Assembly (NCBI RefSeq): GCF_002113885.1
Contig: NW_018407282.1
Location: 1,019,469-1,083,468 of the forward strand
Direction of reading: 5' to 3'
Length of the DNA: 64,000 nt
DNA from: Mizuhopecten yessoensis
Lineage: Eukaryota
Part shown: positions 34,323 to 48,200 of the stretch, piece by piece
How positions within the stretch are numbered: position 1 is the stretch's first letter
Layout of the letters: every line of letters begins with the position of its first letter
The notes under the pieces: generated by a model
Told to the model about the DNA's origin: nothing
Seen by the model: only the letters and a program-made list of their open reading frames with translations
The model's database searches: none
Program-made: the position numbers and the translations under genes

Positions 34323-37300
34323 TTTATCACTTTATTACCTTTATTCGTTCGACTCATCAGTACAATACCACACCAGCACTATACAAATAGTACGAAGAGT
34401 GTAACCAGTTAAGTTAATTAGTTTCTTCTTTGATATATTTGGCTAAATGGACTAGTTCTATGTAAACAGTTAATGAATATGCTAGCCATTAGCACATGCC
34501 AACCGACGTCTACCCTATGACCTATCGACAGGTGTTTTGATGAGTCAATCAGATCTAATCTTTGAGTGGCACAGGTAGGTATATATGAACTTATTTATAG
34601 TACCTATGTTATCGTGGGACGATTTTCTTTATCATGTTTAGATTGTCTATCTAGTCTGGTTAGTAGGAATGCACTTACCCTTTTATAATGCGTATTTAGC
34701 TGTAAACATCAGTCTTTAAATATGTATTATGTAATATTAGCAGCACGTAAATCTGAATATTAAACACAGCTTTTATATATCGCTGGATACAATGTGTAAG
34801 TACTGTACATTATATCTTTTAATTATTAATAAAAAAAAAGTGCAAACACAAAAGAAAAACAAAAAATATAACATAGCCTGCACAAACTTTGAGGAAGAGA
34901 GTTCAGGTCATGTGAAACGGGAAGCTTTTCCTACATCCGTCTGGAAGTTTCCAATGAAACTAGGGTAATATGTAGGTCATCAACAGGGTAAACACTTTAC
35001 AATTACTTCCATCATAAATCAGGCTATAGTTACGAGTATACTATTTTCTCGGTGTAGATTCAATCTTCTCCGGTAGAGAGTGACGACTACCTAAATATTT
35101 TGTCAATGATGTACTGACACTTGGAACTAGCCTTAAGTAGCAAATCAAAGGTGACATGTTAACACAATAGGAATAGGACGGTAGAAAGATAGTGATCATG
35201 AAAATAAAGTTGTCACGTTTGTCGTTGAATTTGATAATTAAGAGTATTATCTCTTCTTGGTCGCGTCATTTTGTTTAGTTTTTTTATGTTTTATCCAGTC
35301 AACTAAGAGTTATTTAAGGGGCTGCAAGCGTGGAGATGTCCGGGCTCAGTGTTCGGGGCTGCCAGCGTTGGGAAGCCCAATTTTTAGCTTTACGTGTCTT
35401 ATCATACACTCTCCATAGTTTGTGATTATAGTGATATAGTAGTTGTTCAATATAATTTCTTTAAATGATTCCTTCATGCATTCATTGTTTTAAATCCCGA
35501 CATCCCGGATGCATGTCACTAAGCATGACCTTGTAAGTTATATACTTTTACCGATTGTCCAAAACTTGGACGTTAAAGTATCAAGACTTTAGAGGTTACG
35601 CATGGATAAGCAAGCCAAGCTATGACAAGTGTACTTAAATTTGAAATATTGGAAGACATCAATTATGAATATACTTGTCATGTGTTTTAATAAATGTTTT
35701 TATCTCTTTATATACATATGTATATTAATTAGTCACAAATTTGATATGTTTTTCTTGTGACAATTAGATAATCACATAAAAGAAAACAAAAATTCGACAC
35801 TCTCCTGTGCTATATCCATATGTAAGTAGGCACTACCTACTAATACGTATAGATAAATCAGTAAATATCATTCCAATTTCACATTCAGCATTATTAGAAC
35901 ACGGAATAAAACGTCAGCAGGACCTGCTGTAGGAGTTGTAAAGCTCGCTAACTAATTTTTAAAAAATCGAGGTATTTTCTTAATAATAATATCATAGAAA
36001 TCGATTGCAAATATCAGTATATGACGTACATTTATTTATTCTCTAGAAAATACCCGACTCTCGTGAAACGAAACCGGAATGGCATTTTTCCAAAATCTAG
36101 TATCGATTTATTTCAATTCGCTGACATAATACATGCTTGATAACAAATGTGTATATTGTGTAGGTATAAACGCATACCTAGTAGGAATAGATCACAAAGG
36201 ACATATACCTGTACATCCGTACATATACGTTGTAATGAAACTATAATGTGTTCGATTTCTTAACCCTTCGAATGGAGAGTGGTAAGTACAATGTACTTAT
36301 ATATAACTAGCATTACATTGTCACGAAAGTACATGTATTTCATATGTAATGCATTGAACTGCTTCATTTTTATAATGAGAATGACTGTGGGTATGTGCTG
36401 CCTAGCCGATATATGACGTAAAGTCACTTACTGTCATACAAATTAAGGAATGACCAAAGGCACCAGAACTTTTAACGGCATCGTCAGACAGAGAAAAAAA
36501 AATGCTCATTTCTTTAATTAAGTAAAACTTTTGACCAAATAAAGTTATAAGAATTTACAAAACAATGTATGTATTCTTGGTACAGAAGGCATTACAAAAC
36601 ATAAACATGGTCATTACTTCTTATTTAATTTGAAGAAGAAATATGTAACCTGTATAAAACTAATTTCTAAATCATGCTTAATATACTAAATCATATTGCT
36701 GATAGTAAACTCGAGAATATGATAAATTGTTCTAGTTAGCTTAACATAACACGATATCTTTTTTGGTAAATATGGTGTCACCAGTTAGTCACTAAGTCTA
36801 TAAAAAGACACGGAATTCCTACAAATATTTACTGTGTACATGTAGCTGTCACTAAACATTGCCATTTTAATTATACACACACATGTATGCCTCTCTACAT
36901 GTGTGTTGTTTTTCTTAAACAATACACTCGATGTGTATTTAAAGGCCAGTACAATTTCCTCTGTAGACGTTTTCCGAGAACTGAATATATCTATATATCA
37001 CTGCTTATGTAATAACGTATTTTAACTAGATGTTTTACGTGAACTTCCTGTTTTAGATTAGTCAATACACAGGATTTGTATTTAAAGGCCAGTGGAAATT
37101 ACCTCTGTGGTCGTTTTTTGAAAACACATCGTATCTATATATTACTACTTATGTAATGCTGTATATATAAATTAATGACTGGAAGTTTTGTCTGTACTTA
37201 CTATTTTAGATCAGTAAACAGTAGCGCAATATGGAGCTATAGCATCGCCCTAGAAGGTGAAGTGAAAAGCATTATATTATTCTTTTGGTGTTGTCTTTAT

Positions 37301-38513
37301 ACATATATTCTAAGGTTTCTAATATTTAGATGTTTTATATTTATAATTATAATTGTTGTATGTTGTTGATGTATCTGTTCATCACATATTTAATTGCATC
37401 ATTTGTACATGTATCTTACTCATATTTACTAATATGCCTATCAAGGTTTATCAGGAGTATGATATATTAAATGAATCTTCCAAACAAGGAGGAAGATCAG
37501 ACAGAGTTACATTCGTATCTTCCTGACAAAATACCCTCGCTCAAGTCAGATAATTTTACAAGCCAATCAATTTACCCATGTATTTAGTCAATGCGTACTA
37601 ACAAACGCAATAATTGTACTGTAGGGTACCCGTACCACTGACAAAAACTGTAACTATATACGCATTGTAAGCTTTATTTACCAGCATACTAATAGATTTG
37701 ATAAATCATTTCTGAAAAAAGTACCAATACAAATAATCATCAACAAAAATCTGACTTAAAGCGCAGTTGTATAAGACTTTATTTGACTGCTTTATGTTTA
37801 AATGTATCAGTCTAAGTTAAGGTGTTGGTTATGAAAAGCTTAACGGCTTATACATGCAGAACATATTGTTATTAATTTAATGCAATAGAAATGATGAAAT
37901 TAAAATAAGTAAGTTATGCAGCAAGAAATACCTTTACATAAATAAGTTTGCGATTTATGATTCAAAATGACCACATGCAGACAAGAAATTGAAATGGTTT
38001 TAATGATTAGACTCGAGTACTGATTTTCTATAGTATAATCAAGCTTAGAGCAACTAGCTAGACAGTGCAATCGGTCCTACCGAGCTTTATTGACTACAGA
38101 CTGACACGTCAGCGCCATCTAGATGTACACATCACCGGATAGCTCTATCCACTACAACTTCAAAATCTCCTTTAATCGAGGCGGTCGCTACATGTACGTT
38201 CATCAGAGCCTCGGGTACTTCTCTGTTAGGCGACTAGGTGCCAGTGGTTGTGATTTTAACGCCTGGAAATGAATCAAGGCAAAACAGTGTCTACCTTCGT
38301 CACCGGTGTGTCTATTTCTCTATCAAAATTGAAAGGATATATGAATACACAGGTTCTTATATTAGTCAGTCCCTCCCGTGGGCCTAATCAAAACTACTAT
38401 TTATGCTAGCAATATTAAATCCTATATATATTTTGATATTTGCATCATTTTAAGAAAGGGGATACTCTATTGAATTCATAGAAATCCATAGTAACAACGC
38501 TGTGATGATATAC

Positions 38514-38637
38514 AAACCGAAACCGAAAGTAGTGATATTGAACATAATAACACAGAACTAACGAAACCGAAAGTGATACGGTGCAATATTTCTCCTGAAA
38601 CCAAATGTCAAACAACCCAAATCGTGAAAAAGTGAAA
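38514..38637 (+). promoter_or_regulatory. ISRE/IRF-binding element cluster upstream of HELZ2-like copy 2
   Basis: GAAACCGAAAGT at 38519-38530 and 38563-38574; an extra AAAAGTGAAA at 38628-38637; proximal GGTTTCACTTCC at 39003-39014. Confidence 0.65.
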
Positions 38638-39263
38638 TCGCCCTATACTTATTTTCTGAAACTATATTGATACAGTGTCGATCAATACGAATTTCTTTAG
38701 CATTGTGTAATACCTATATACTATAAATCAAGTTACGAGATACAGTATAAACATACATGAATGTTAGTTTGAAAACTACCGCTGTAATAATGGTATAGGG
38801 TTATTAAATTGAGTCTTTTTAAAATAACCATTTCATAAATTTATAACAACAACGAACCAAGAACCGAACCCAGATACTCCTGCATTTATTGTGTTAATAG
38901 AAGATTTACTATCTATCAATAAGTATTTGCTGATATCTATTACATGTACTGACAGAATTAATCTACCAGTTTAATAATTTGTCCGATATTTCATAACTGG
39001 ACGGTTTCACTTCCAGCCCCCTGTGCTACACCCTGTCTTATGCCTTAGAAACTTCCCCAAATATCCGGAACAGTCAAACTATGTAAGCGTAATGGTTTAC
39101 TTAGACGGTAATAGCGAATGTGTCGGTTATTATATTAAAGTTGTATATCAATGACATCTTCTATATCTTCTCTTTCCTTCAGAACTCGCTTCAACCTACG
39201 TGTACCATGTAGTGTTTGACATCACAGCGTGAAGACTAAACTGTTAAAACTCATTTTGTTGCC

Positions 39264-42200
39264 ATGGAGACCATTGGTGACACCGAACTTAAACAGTTTG
39301 GTCCTTTGGAAGAAGAACCACCCGAACAATCAACGCCTATGCATGAAGAAGATCGAGTACCAGCTGACGAAAATACCCTAGGCACTAATATCGATTTGCC
39401 CATTCAGCACGATCCGAAAGGGGAACCTTCTGACAAGTCGACGGCTGTGCAAACCGGATGTGAAATCATCTACCAACGTGACAACTTTCAGAACAAGGAA
39501 TATGCAACAGACTTTACTACTGCTAAACATGACAGTGGTGTCCAGGTACATCATAGTTCTCAAACCATTCAAACTAGGACCCGAAACAACAGCCCCGTCA
39601 GTAAAAATTCACACATGTATATCAGCTCCTCTGACAACGAGGTTAGCATGTGTGGACGTTCCACTCCAGAAGACGTCGTAGAAATCGAGGATCTAGATCT
39701 ATTAGAAAGATCACACGAGTTGGATGAACTTATTGCTGAAGCATACATCATGATCACGACAAAAGAACCTGAGAAAGCACGCAAAATTGTCACCGATATT
39801 TGCGGCCGACTTGACAAATTTTATAAAAGTGACAAGGACTATCAGTATCTTGATTACAGCCATTACTATCACGGATGTGCCGAATTGTACCGACAGGTAA
39901 GTCATAATTCTCCAGCGACAGATCGGTAAAAATAAGACACCACATACATGATATCAATAACATTCATAATAACCTTCAAATTAACTATCTCCCTTTGGTC
40001 AGGTTTTACAGTACTTGTTTGAGTGTTTTTTCGTTTTATCAAAACTAAGAGCTACACATGTAACTTTTTTCTCATTCAAGGTTGCTGACCCAAGCAATGC
40101 CGTGAAGATGTTTTATAGAGGTAAGTAGTAATTAGTGAAGTGTAGGAAGGAATTAGAAGTTGTAGTAATTAGAGATATGGAGTAATTAGTAGTATGAAGT
40201 AATTAGAGATATGTAGTAATTAGAGGAGGTATGGAGTAAATAGTGGCATGAAGTAATTAAATATATGTAGAAATTAGAGGTATAAGGTAATTAGAGGTAT
40301 GTAGTATTTAGAGATTTGAAATTATTAGATGTATGGCGTATTTAGTGGCATAAAGTAATTACAGATATGTAGCAATTAGAGGAGGTATTGAGTAGATAGT
40401 GACATGAAGTAATTAGATGTATGCAGTAATTAGACGTATGAGGTAATTAGAGGTATGTAGTAATTAGAGATTTGAAGTAAACAGAGATGGGTGGAAATAT
40501 AAAAGCATGCAATATTTAAAAGTATGTAGTAATTTGATATATGAAATGATTAAAAGTAATAAGAAGGATGTGGTTATTGGAGTTGTGCTGTAACCAGAGG
40601 AATGAACTAATGAGAAGTGTAACAATTTGAGGTATGTTGTGATAAGAAGTGCGTAATAATTTGAAGTATATATAAATCAGAGTTATGAAGTTAATGGAAG
40701 TATGTAGAAATTAAAAGTGCGTAGTTATTACAGGTATATAGTAATACTAGTTACGACGTGATTAGATGTGTTGTAACAGTATAAAAAGTCTGTAGTAATT
40801 AAAGGTATGTAGTTATTAGATGTGTGTAGTAAAATAAAGTGCGTAGTTTTTACATATATATAAGTAATAATAGGTATTTAGTGACTAAAGAAATGTTTTA
40901 ATCAGAAGGAAGGTCGTAGTTAGAGGTGTGTTATAATCAGAGGGAAGGTAGAAGTTAATGGTGTGTTGAAATCAGAGGGAATGTAGAAGTAAGAGGTGTG
41001 TTATAATCAGGGGGAAGGTAGTAATTAGAGGTGTTTTATGATCAGAGGGAAAGTAGTAATTATAGGCGTGATGTAATCAGAGGAAGGTCGAATGTAGAGG
41101 TGTGTTATAATCAGAGAGAATGTAGAAGTTAATGGTGTGTTGTAATCAGAGGGAAGGTAATAATTAGAGGTGTGTTATAATCAGAGGAAAGGTATAAGTT
41201 AATGGTGTGTTGTAATCAGAGGGGACGTAGTAATTAGAGGTGTAATGTTATCAGAGAGAAGGTAGTAGTAAGAGGTTTGTTATAGACAGAGGGAAGGTAG
41301 TAGTTAAAGAGGTGTTTTATAATCAGAAGGAAGATACTAGTTGGATGTGTGATGTTATCAGAGAGATGTATAAATTAGAGGTGTTTTATAATCAGAGGGG
41401 ACGTAGTAATTACAGGTATGTTGTAATCAGAGGAAAGGTAGTTATTAAAGGTGTGCTATAATCAGAGGGATGTAGTGATTAGAGGTGTTTTATAATCAGA
41501 GGGGACGTAGTAATTAGAGGTGTGTTGTAATCAGAGGAAAGGTAGTTATTAGAGATGTGTTATAATGAGAGGGAGGAAGTAAATAGATGTGTGTTATAAT
41601 CAGAGGGGACGTAGTAATTAGAGGCGTGATGTTATCACAGGGAAGGTAGTAATTCGAGAAGTGTTATAATTAGAGGGATGGTACTAATAAGAGGTGTGAT
41701 GTAATCAGAGAGAAGGTACAAATTAGAGGTGTGTTATAATCAGAGGGAATGTAGTAATTAGAGGCGTGATGTTAGCGAGGGAATTAAGTAGTAAGAGATT
41801 TGTTATAATCAGAGGAAAAGTAGTAATTAGAGGTATGAAGGATTCAGAGAGAAGGTGGAAATAAGAGGTTTGTTATGTAATCAGAGAGAAGGTAGTAGTA
41901 AGAGATTTGTGATAATCAGAGGGAAGGTACTAATTAGAGGTGTGATGTTATTAGAGAATTGTATTACTTAGAGGTGTGTTATAATCAGAGGGAAGGTAGT
42001 AATTAGAGAAGTGCTATACTCAGAGGGAAGGTAGTAATTAGAGGTTTGCTATAATCAGAGGTATGTAGTAATTAGAGATATTTTATAATCAGAGGGCTGG
42101 TAGTAATTAGAGAAGTGAAGTTATCAGAGGGATGGAAGAAAAAAGAGATGTGATGTAATCAGAGGGAAGGTATTAATTAGAGGTGTGTTATAATCAAAGG

Positions 42201-45200
42201 AATGTAATAATTAGAAGCATGAAGTAATTGGAGGAACTAAGTCATTAGAGGTTTGAAGTAAGTAGAGGTAGGTTGTAATTAGAGAGATGTAGTAAAAGCT
42301 ATTTTGGCGACTGGAAAATGTGCAATTTAGTTTTGTTTAAACATTTACACACTACGTCAGCTAGTCTTGTCTACGCCTACTTTCGTGTTAGGGATTATCT
42401 AACTATCCGTCTTATTATAGTATAAATATTTATATAAATATATTTGCTTAGCGCTCTTAATGATTTGCCAAATTAATCGAAGGCTCTTTGCAGTACTTGT
42501 ATGATAATCGTTCAATAGACGATTGGTCATTGTGATAATGCCGAAGGAAACAAGCTGCCAACCATCACGGCATCCAAGGTTCCTTGTGTTGCGAGGAGGC
42601 AGTTGCTTATTATTAGATGATTAAAAATAGTATGGTATATATGTATACCGATATAACTATTATTTTATTTCAGGTGTCTTACACCAGGAGACTGTGATCG
42701 CTCCACTCCACTTAATGATGTCTGCATTACTTTGGGATGAGCTTCTAAATTCAAGAGTGTTATTACAAGTATGTTGAATTGTTTCATTTGTCATCAATTC
42801 AAATGGTCACTTCCACTGACTCTTAACTTTATCTAATGTACAATTGATAATATTAAATGCTTATATTTTATACATAATTATCATCTTTACAAAAGTATTG
42901 AAATAATGCCGAACATTTCTCGAATTCAAAACCGATGAATCTAAGTCATGATATGCACAAATAAAATTACACGGATACCCTGTATACCCATTAACAACAG
43001 AAGTAGAATAAGACCATGTGTTTCGGAAGAACATGTGTCAGATGCTTTATCGAAAAATCAGCCATGATAATCTAGATCAAATTAAACCTGAGAACTGAGA
43101 TGCTGACAACAAAACATTTTTTTTTTTCGTTATTTGAAATTATTACAATGTTAATTGATTAAATCTTAACATGAAATTAAAAAACAAATGATCATAAAAA
43201 AAAAATCAAACATAACAAGACATGTTAATCTTATAAAACACCCACAAAATACTACGTTTTCAATACAGCATATGCATTTTCTTAATTAACAGGTAATGTC
43301 TTTGTTTTAATAACAATACATACTAAATGTACAATCTTAGATACTAAATTATGTATGCAAGTTATTCATTGAAAGCATTCTTTTTATGTTATAAGGAGAT
43401 CCTAAACATTGTTCATCGGATACAGCTTCTCGCAGACATCAAGCTAGAACAGTCGAGTGGAACAGCGGTCGAAGTGCCTTTTTGTATTTATAATGACCTC
43501 ATGATGACCTTCAAAACCATTCAGATACAGAACCCATCGTGCACTGGTGCAAAGGAAGGGAAACTAAAAGCGACGCTTCCGTGGCTAAGGTGTCTCCTTA
43601 TTCTTGTAAGTGTTTCCTAGTCTCATTCCTACTGGTATCTTTCGTCTCTCGTATTTCATTAATACCTTTGAAAAATGGCGAAGATTTATGCAATATATCG
43701 TGTTATTATCGCAATAACAATGTTTGATACCTAACAAATTATGCAAACGTAATCATTTGTTTCAAAAATAACAAAAACGAAATGCTGTTTTTTTCCTAAG
43801 GGGAACTTACCTCACACTGTAGCAGAAATATGCAAAGGAGGTAAGTAGTCGTTGTTTGTTATGTTTGTTATGTTTAGACTATAAACGGGAACTTAGGAGA
43901 ATGCTGTTTCGATTTAAGGATAGACGTTTGGCGACAGACATATACAAATCGGTTAAAACATTGATATTATGATAAAAAATTACTTTCCCTAGATGAACAA
44001 TGTCATTTATTTTTATTGATAAGTTATAAATTCGGAAGATCCTTTCATTTCATATAGGTGTTTTATACAGTAACATTTTCATTCCTGTAGCAAACATGTG
44101 AATAAAACAATTTGTTCCTATTATAAGCATATTCATTGACACCACAGAATGTAATGAAATTGCACATCATCTAAAGTCCATTTAACAATCTCAATTAGTC
44201 TGTATTTTCCTAATGATTATCTGTTAAAAATACATTACTTTGGGGGGGGGGGGATTTTAATATCGTTCTCCTATGGGCACTTCTATTTTGACTGGAGTTC
44301 TGCATGCCTCTCCAGAGCTATTAAAATAGAAATTAAGCTCTTCATGACCTAGGCATATAAATAAACTTAAGAAAATATGTAATTTCGTAGCTTTCAGTTC
44401 GACCACAATAGAGACTGACATGTTGTAAGTGCGGTTAACTATTGAGATATCTGAGATATTTGAATTCCAATGTTTAATTTTATTCTTCAAATATAATTTA
44501 TCAGGTGATTGAAATTGAGATGAAGAACGTTTTTCTATAAACATCTTGATCATGAAGCATTCCGCAATAAGCTACAAAACATGTTAAGATAACGACAATT
44601 ATTGTCTTTAGTCCTGAAGGAGTATCCTGACAACGCTTCAATCCTTGAAATATGGGCACGTGCTTTACTTGAAATGGGAAAACTGGATCTGGCGCTAAGA
44701 AAGACAGAATCTGCACTTCTTTATGTGAAGGTACTTTGGTCGTTGCTATTATTTAACATTATTCATTACGTCCATGCGTCCTTGACCTCATTTTCATGTT
44801 TCAAGTATGCAACAAACGTGCTCATTTTGATATAGATGTTTATATACATTTAAAGTTAACATATGGAACTAGCACGTTTGAATTATCTCCGATAATTTAT
44901 TATTTCAATTTATTACTACTAATAAATTACTCGACGTCGTCAAAACACATTTGTATTACATTTTAACAGAATCCAAAGCAGAAATCTGAATTGGAAGTAT
45001 TACAAAGGGATCTTACCGCAGGTGTTAGGACATCAATCAAAGCAGTAGAGGACAGCTCGCCTATTATGTCGTGGATAGAAGGTAGCAATTACATGGAACC
45101 TCATAGGGTAAGTTATTTCATATCCAGTCATTAAACATCGTTGCTGATCCTGGTCCTTATTTTATATTTTCATATGTCACGTAATTTGAATCTATCAAAT

Positions 45201-48200
45201 CCATATTTTTTGTTTTAGATAAGCCGTTTATTTATAACCCGCTTTCACCGAAACGGGGATATTAAGTTGGGTTTGCCTATCTATCTAACTGTCTGTCTGT
45301 CTGTCTGTCATGCTTCGTTTCCGTGCAATTACTGTGGCAATGTTGACCGATTTTCTTCAAACTTGATAACCGAGTTAAATGCCTGTAGGGCTCGACCAAG
45401 TTCGATGAAAACTTTCAGCAGACTTTATTTGGCGGAGTTATAGCCCCTTGAATGACGAAAAACGTCATTATCTGCCGTTTCCGTGCAATAACTGCAACAA
45501 ATGTTAACCGACTTACTTCAAACTTGAAAACCGGGTTAAATGCATTCAGAGCTCTGCCAAGTTCCATGACCACTTACAGCAGACTTTTTTTGGCGGAGTA
45601 ATGGTCCATTGAATAGCGAAAAACGTCATTATCTGCCGTTTCCGTGCAATAACTGCAACAAATGTTAACCGATTTTTTTTCAAACTTGGTAACAGGGTTA
45701 AATGCCTGAAGGGCTCAGACAAGTTCGATGACCACTTTAAGCAGACTTTTTTTTGGCGGAGTTATGGCCCCTTGAAAAACGAAAAACGTCAGAATCTGCC
45801 GTTTCTGTTCTGTTTAACTCTCGCAAATATTATCCGATTGTCTTCAAACTTAATAGCAGGGTTCAACGCATAAAGGGCCGGCCAAGTTTGACAACAACTT
45901 TAATCGGACTCCATTTGGCGGAGTTATGCCCCCTTGATTAACGAAAAACATCTTTATCTGCAGTTTCCGCTTAATACAGTTGTTGGATCGCACAACGTTA
46001 CAAGATGTGCGGTGTGCGCACGATGTGTGCACGGTGTGTGAACGATGTGTGCACGAAGTGCGAACGATAAAAAATTGGACGATCTTTGCTTGCGCACATT
46101 TGTGCGGACGATCGACGAACGTTGTGCGATAACAATCGTGGTTGGTGTAAATTTAGGGAATGGCTTAACAATATTTACCGTTTGCTGTTTAGACATATAA
46201 ACTTGATTTTTTTAGTATGTTTCCTTTCCTATTCTAGCTTCATCTACAAGCTTATCTTTCTGTCTGTACTTTAGAAATGGCGTTTTCGGTGTTTTTTAAA
46301 CGACCTTACAAAACAGCCTCGGCAACACAGGTAAACATAGCCACTTTGTACCTGCACCGTAGTTTTCCCCCGCCCGGGGCACTTACGTAACGCGCCAAGG
46401 TGTGAAACCAGTTGAACAGGAGCTTTAGATTAAAACGAATGCAAATAACAAATACTAAACGTCCAGTTGTGTTTTCATAACGGTATACGGTATCACATAT
46501 CAGCTCTACCCGTTAGGCACAGGCCAGGTAAAACTCCGGTCACTCATCAAATTGTTATTTATCTGTTCTGTTACCTAGCTAGGAGCCAAATCTATTCTTG
46601 ACACTCTAACGGTCACTGTAATACTGTGTTACATGCATTGTAAAATTGTTCATAATGTTAATTATGGTGATGAGAAATTACAATAATAAATACAGTGTAA
46701 ATTATTGTATACTAGTATGAGCCTTCCGTATTTTTTCATTCCGTAATATTGATCAACAAATTGTACCAAATCGCACAGTTGTGCGGAGAGAAGCGCAGAA
46801 CGGGGCGAACGATTGTCAAATCGCCCAGTTCTGCGCACCATGTGTGGACGATGTGCGGACGGTGTGTGAACGATATATGCACGGTGTGCGCACGGTATTT
46901 TTGGTGCGTTGTGCGGTCACACAACTGTAACTCTAGCAAATATTAGTCAAATTCCTTCAAACTTGATAAGAATGTTTGTTTTCCTCTGTCTTTCTACCCA
47001 TCTCGGGCACTCTTTGGTTTTCGTGTGATAATTGCTTTAGATATTATGCAGATATTTCAACCAAATTCCGTATGTGCACCCCCGACTCATGCTAAGTTTG
47101 CAAACCGATGTGATTTGTGCATATTTACGGATAATTAATGAGGTTAGTAAATTCTGATGGATTAAACGATTAATTTACACCGTAATACCTACATGTTCAA
47201 TAAAAAGTCTAACTTCTGTATGAAGCTTTTTTCGAGTTTCAAGCTATACATTATGTCTCAACAGCACGATACTCTCATATTTAAACCTGGCCTCAATAAT
47301 GTTTACCTACAATATGTCCTGCAAGCGGGGGATATAAATTCCACGAATTTGCTTGTTTATTTTACAGAACAGCCCTCAAGTTGAGAAATTGAAAGAAAAT
47401 CATGTCAAGAAACCCCATCGTAGGCGTGAGTACAGCTTTACGAAATATAACATGATATTAGAAGACGAATCAGAAATCAAGTGTGTTCTTGAAAGCTTTA
47501 ATAATATACTATTGATCCATTATTGAAGCTTCGTTTTACATATGTAATCCAACAAAGGTGTTGTTTTTTTTAATTTTTAGCCAAAGCTAGGAAATCGTCC
47601 TTGCCTACTTGGCTAGACTTTGTAAGAGAGGTTGACAAAAAGAAGGAAAAAGCACGTTCAAGTTCAGCATCGCCTTATCGGGATGGTCATATTAAGAAGA
47701 AACGCCGGAGACGTAATACAGCTGGATCCGATATATCATCGACTGGAAATGGAAAGAGCCTACAGCAAGTTTTGCTAGAAGAAAAAGTCTACATCGCAGG
47801 CTTAGGAGAAGGCGACGACCACTCAATAGAAAGCGATGAAGAATTTGACGTTTCAGAAATATTAAGATCGAGTATATTTGATTTGGACTTAGGAGACCCT
47901 GACGAAAGCTCCGATGGGGAATCCATAAGAAACGCTGATGTTGAATCAATGTTTGAACAAAGTATTGATGTCGACACAGAAAACGCTGAGGAAGGCATAC
48001 AAGAACGCGAACAGCACTTGATCATTCATGGAGCGGAGCTATCTCCTAGATTCATTGCCAAATGTGCCTTTCAGGACAAAAAGAACTTTTACACCAATAG
48101 CCTGTCGATTGACGAGCTCAATGCTTTGACCAGAAATAATCCAGGACAATTCAAGAAATGTACGCTAAAGATAGAATCAGCTCACAAGGCTATATGTGGA

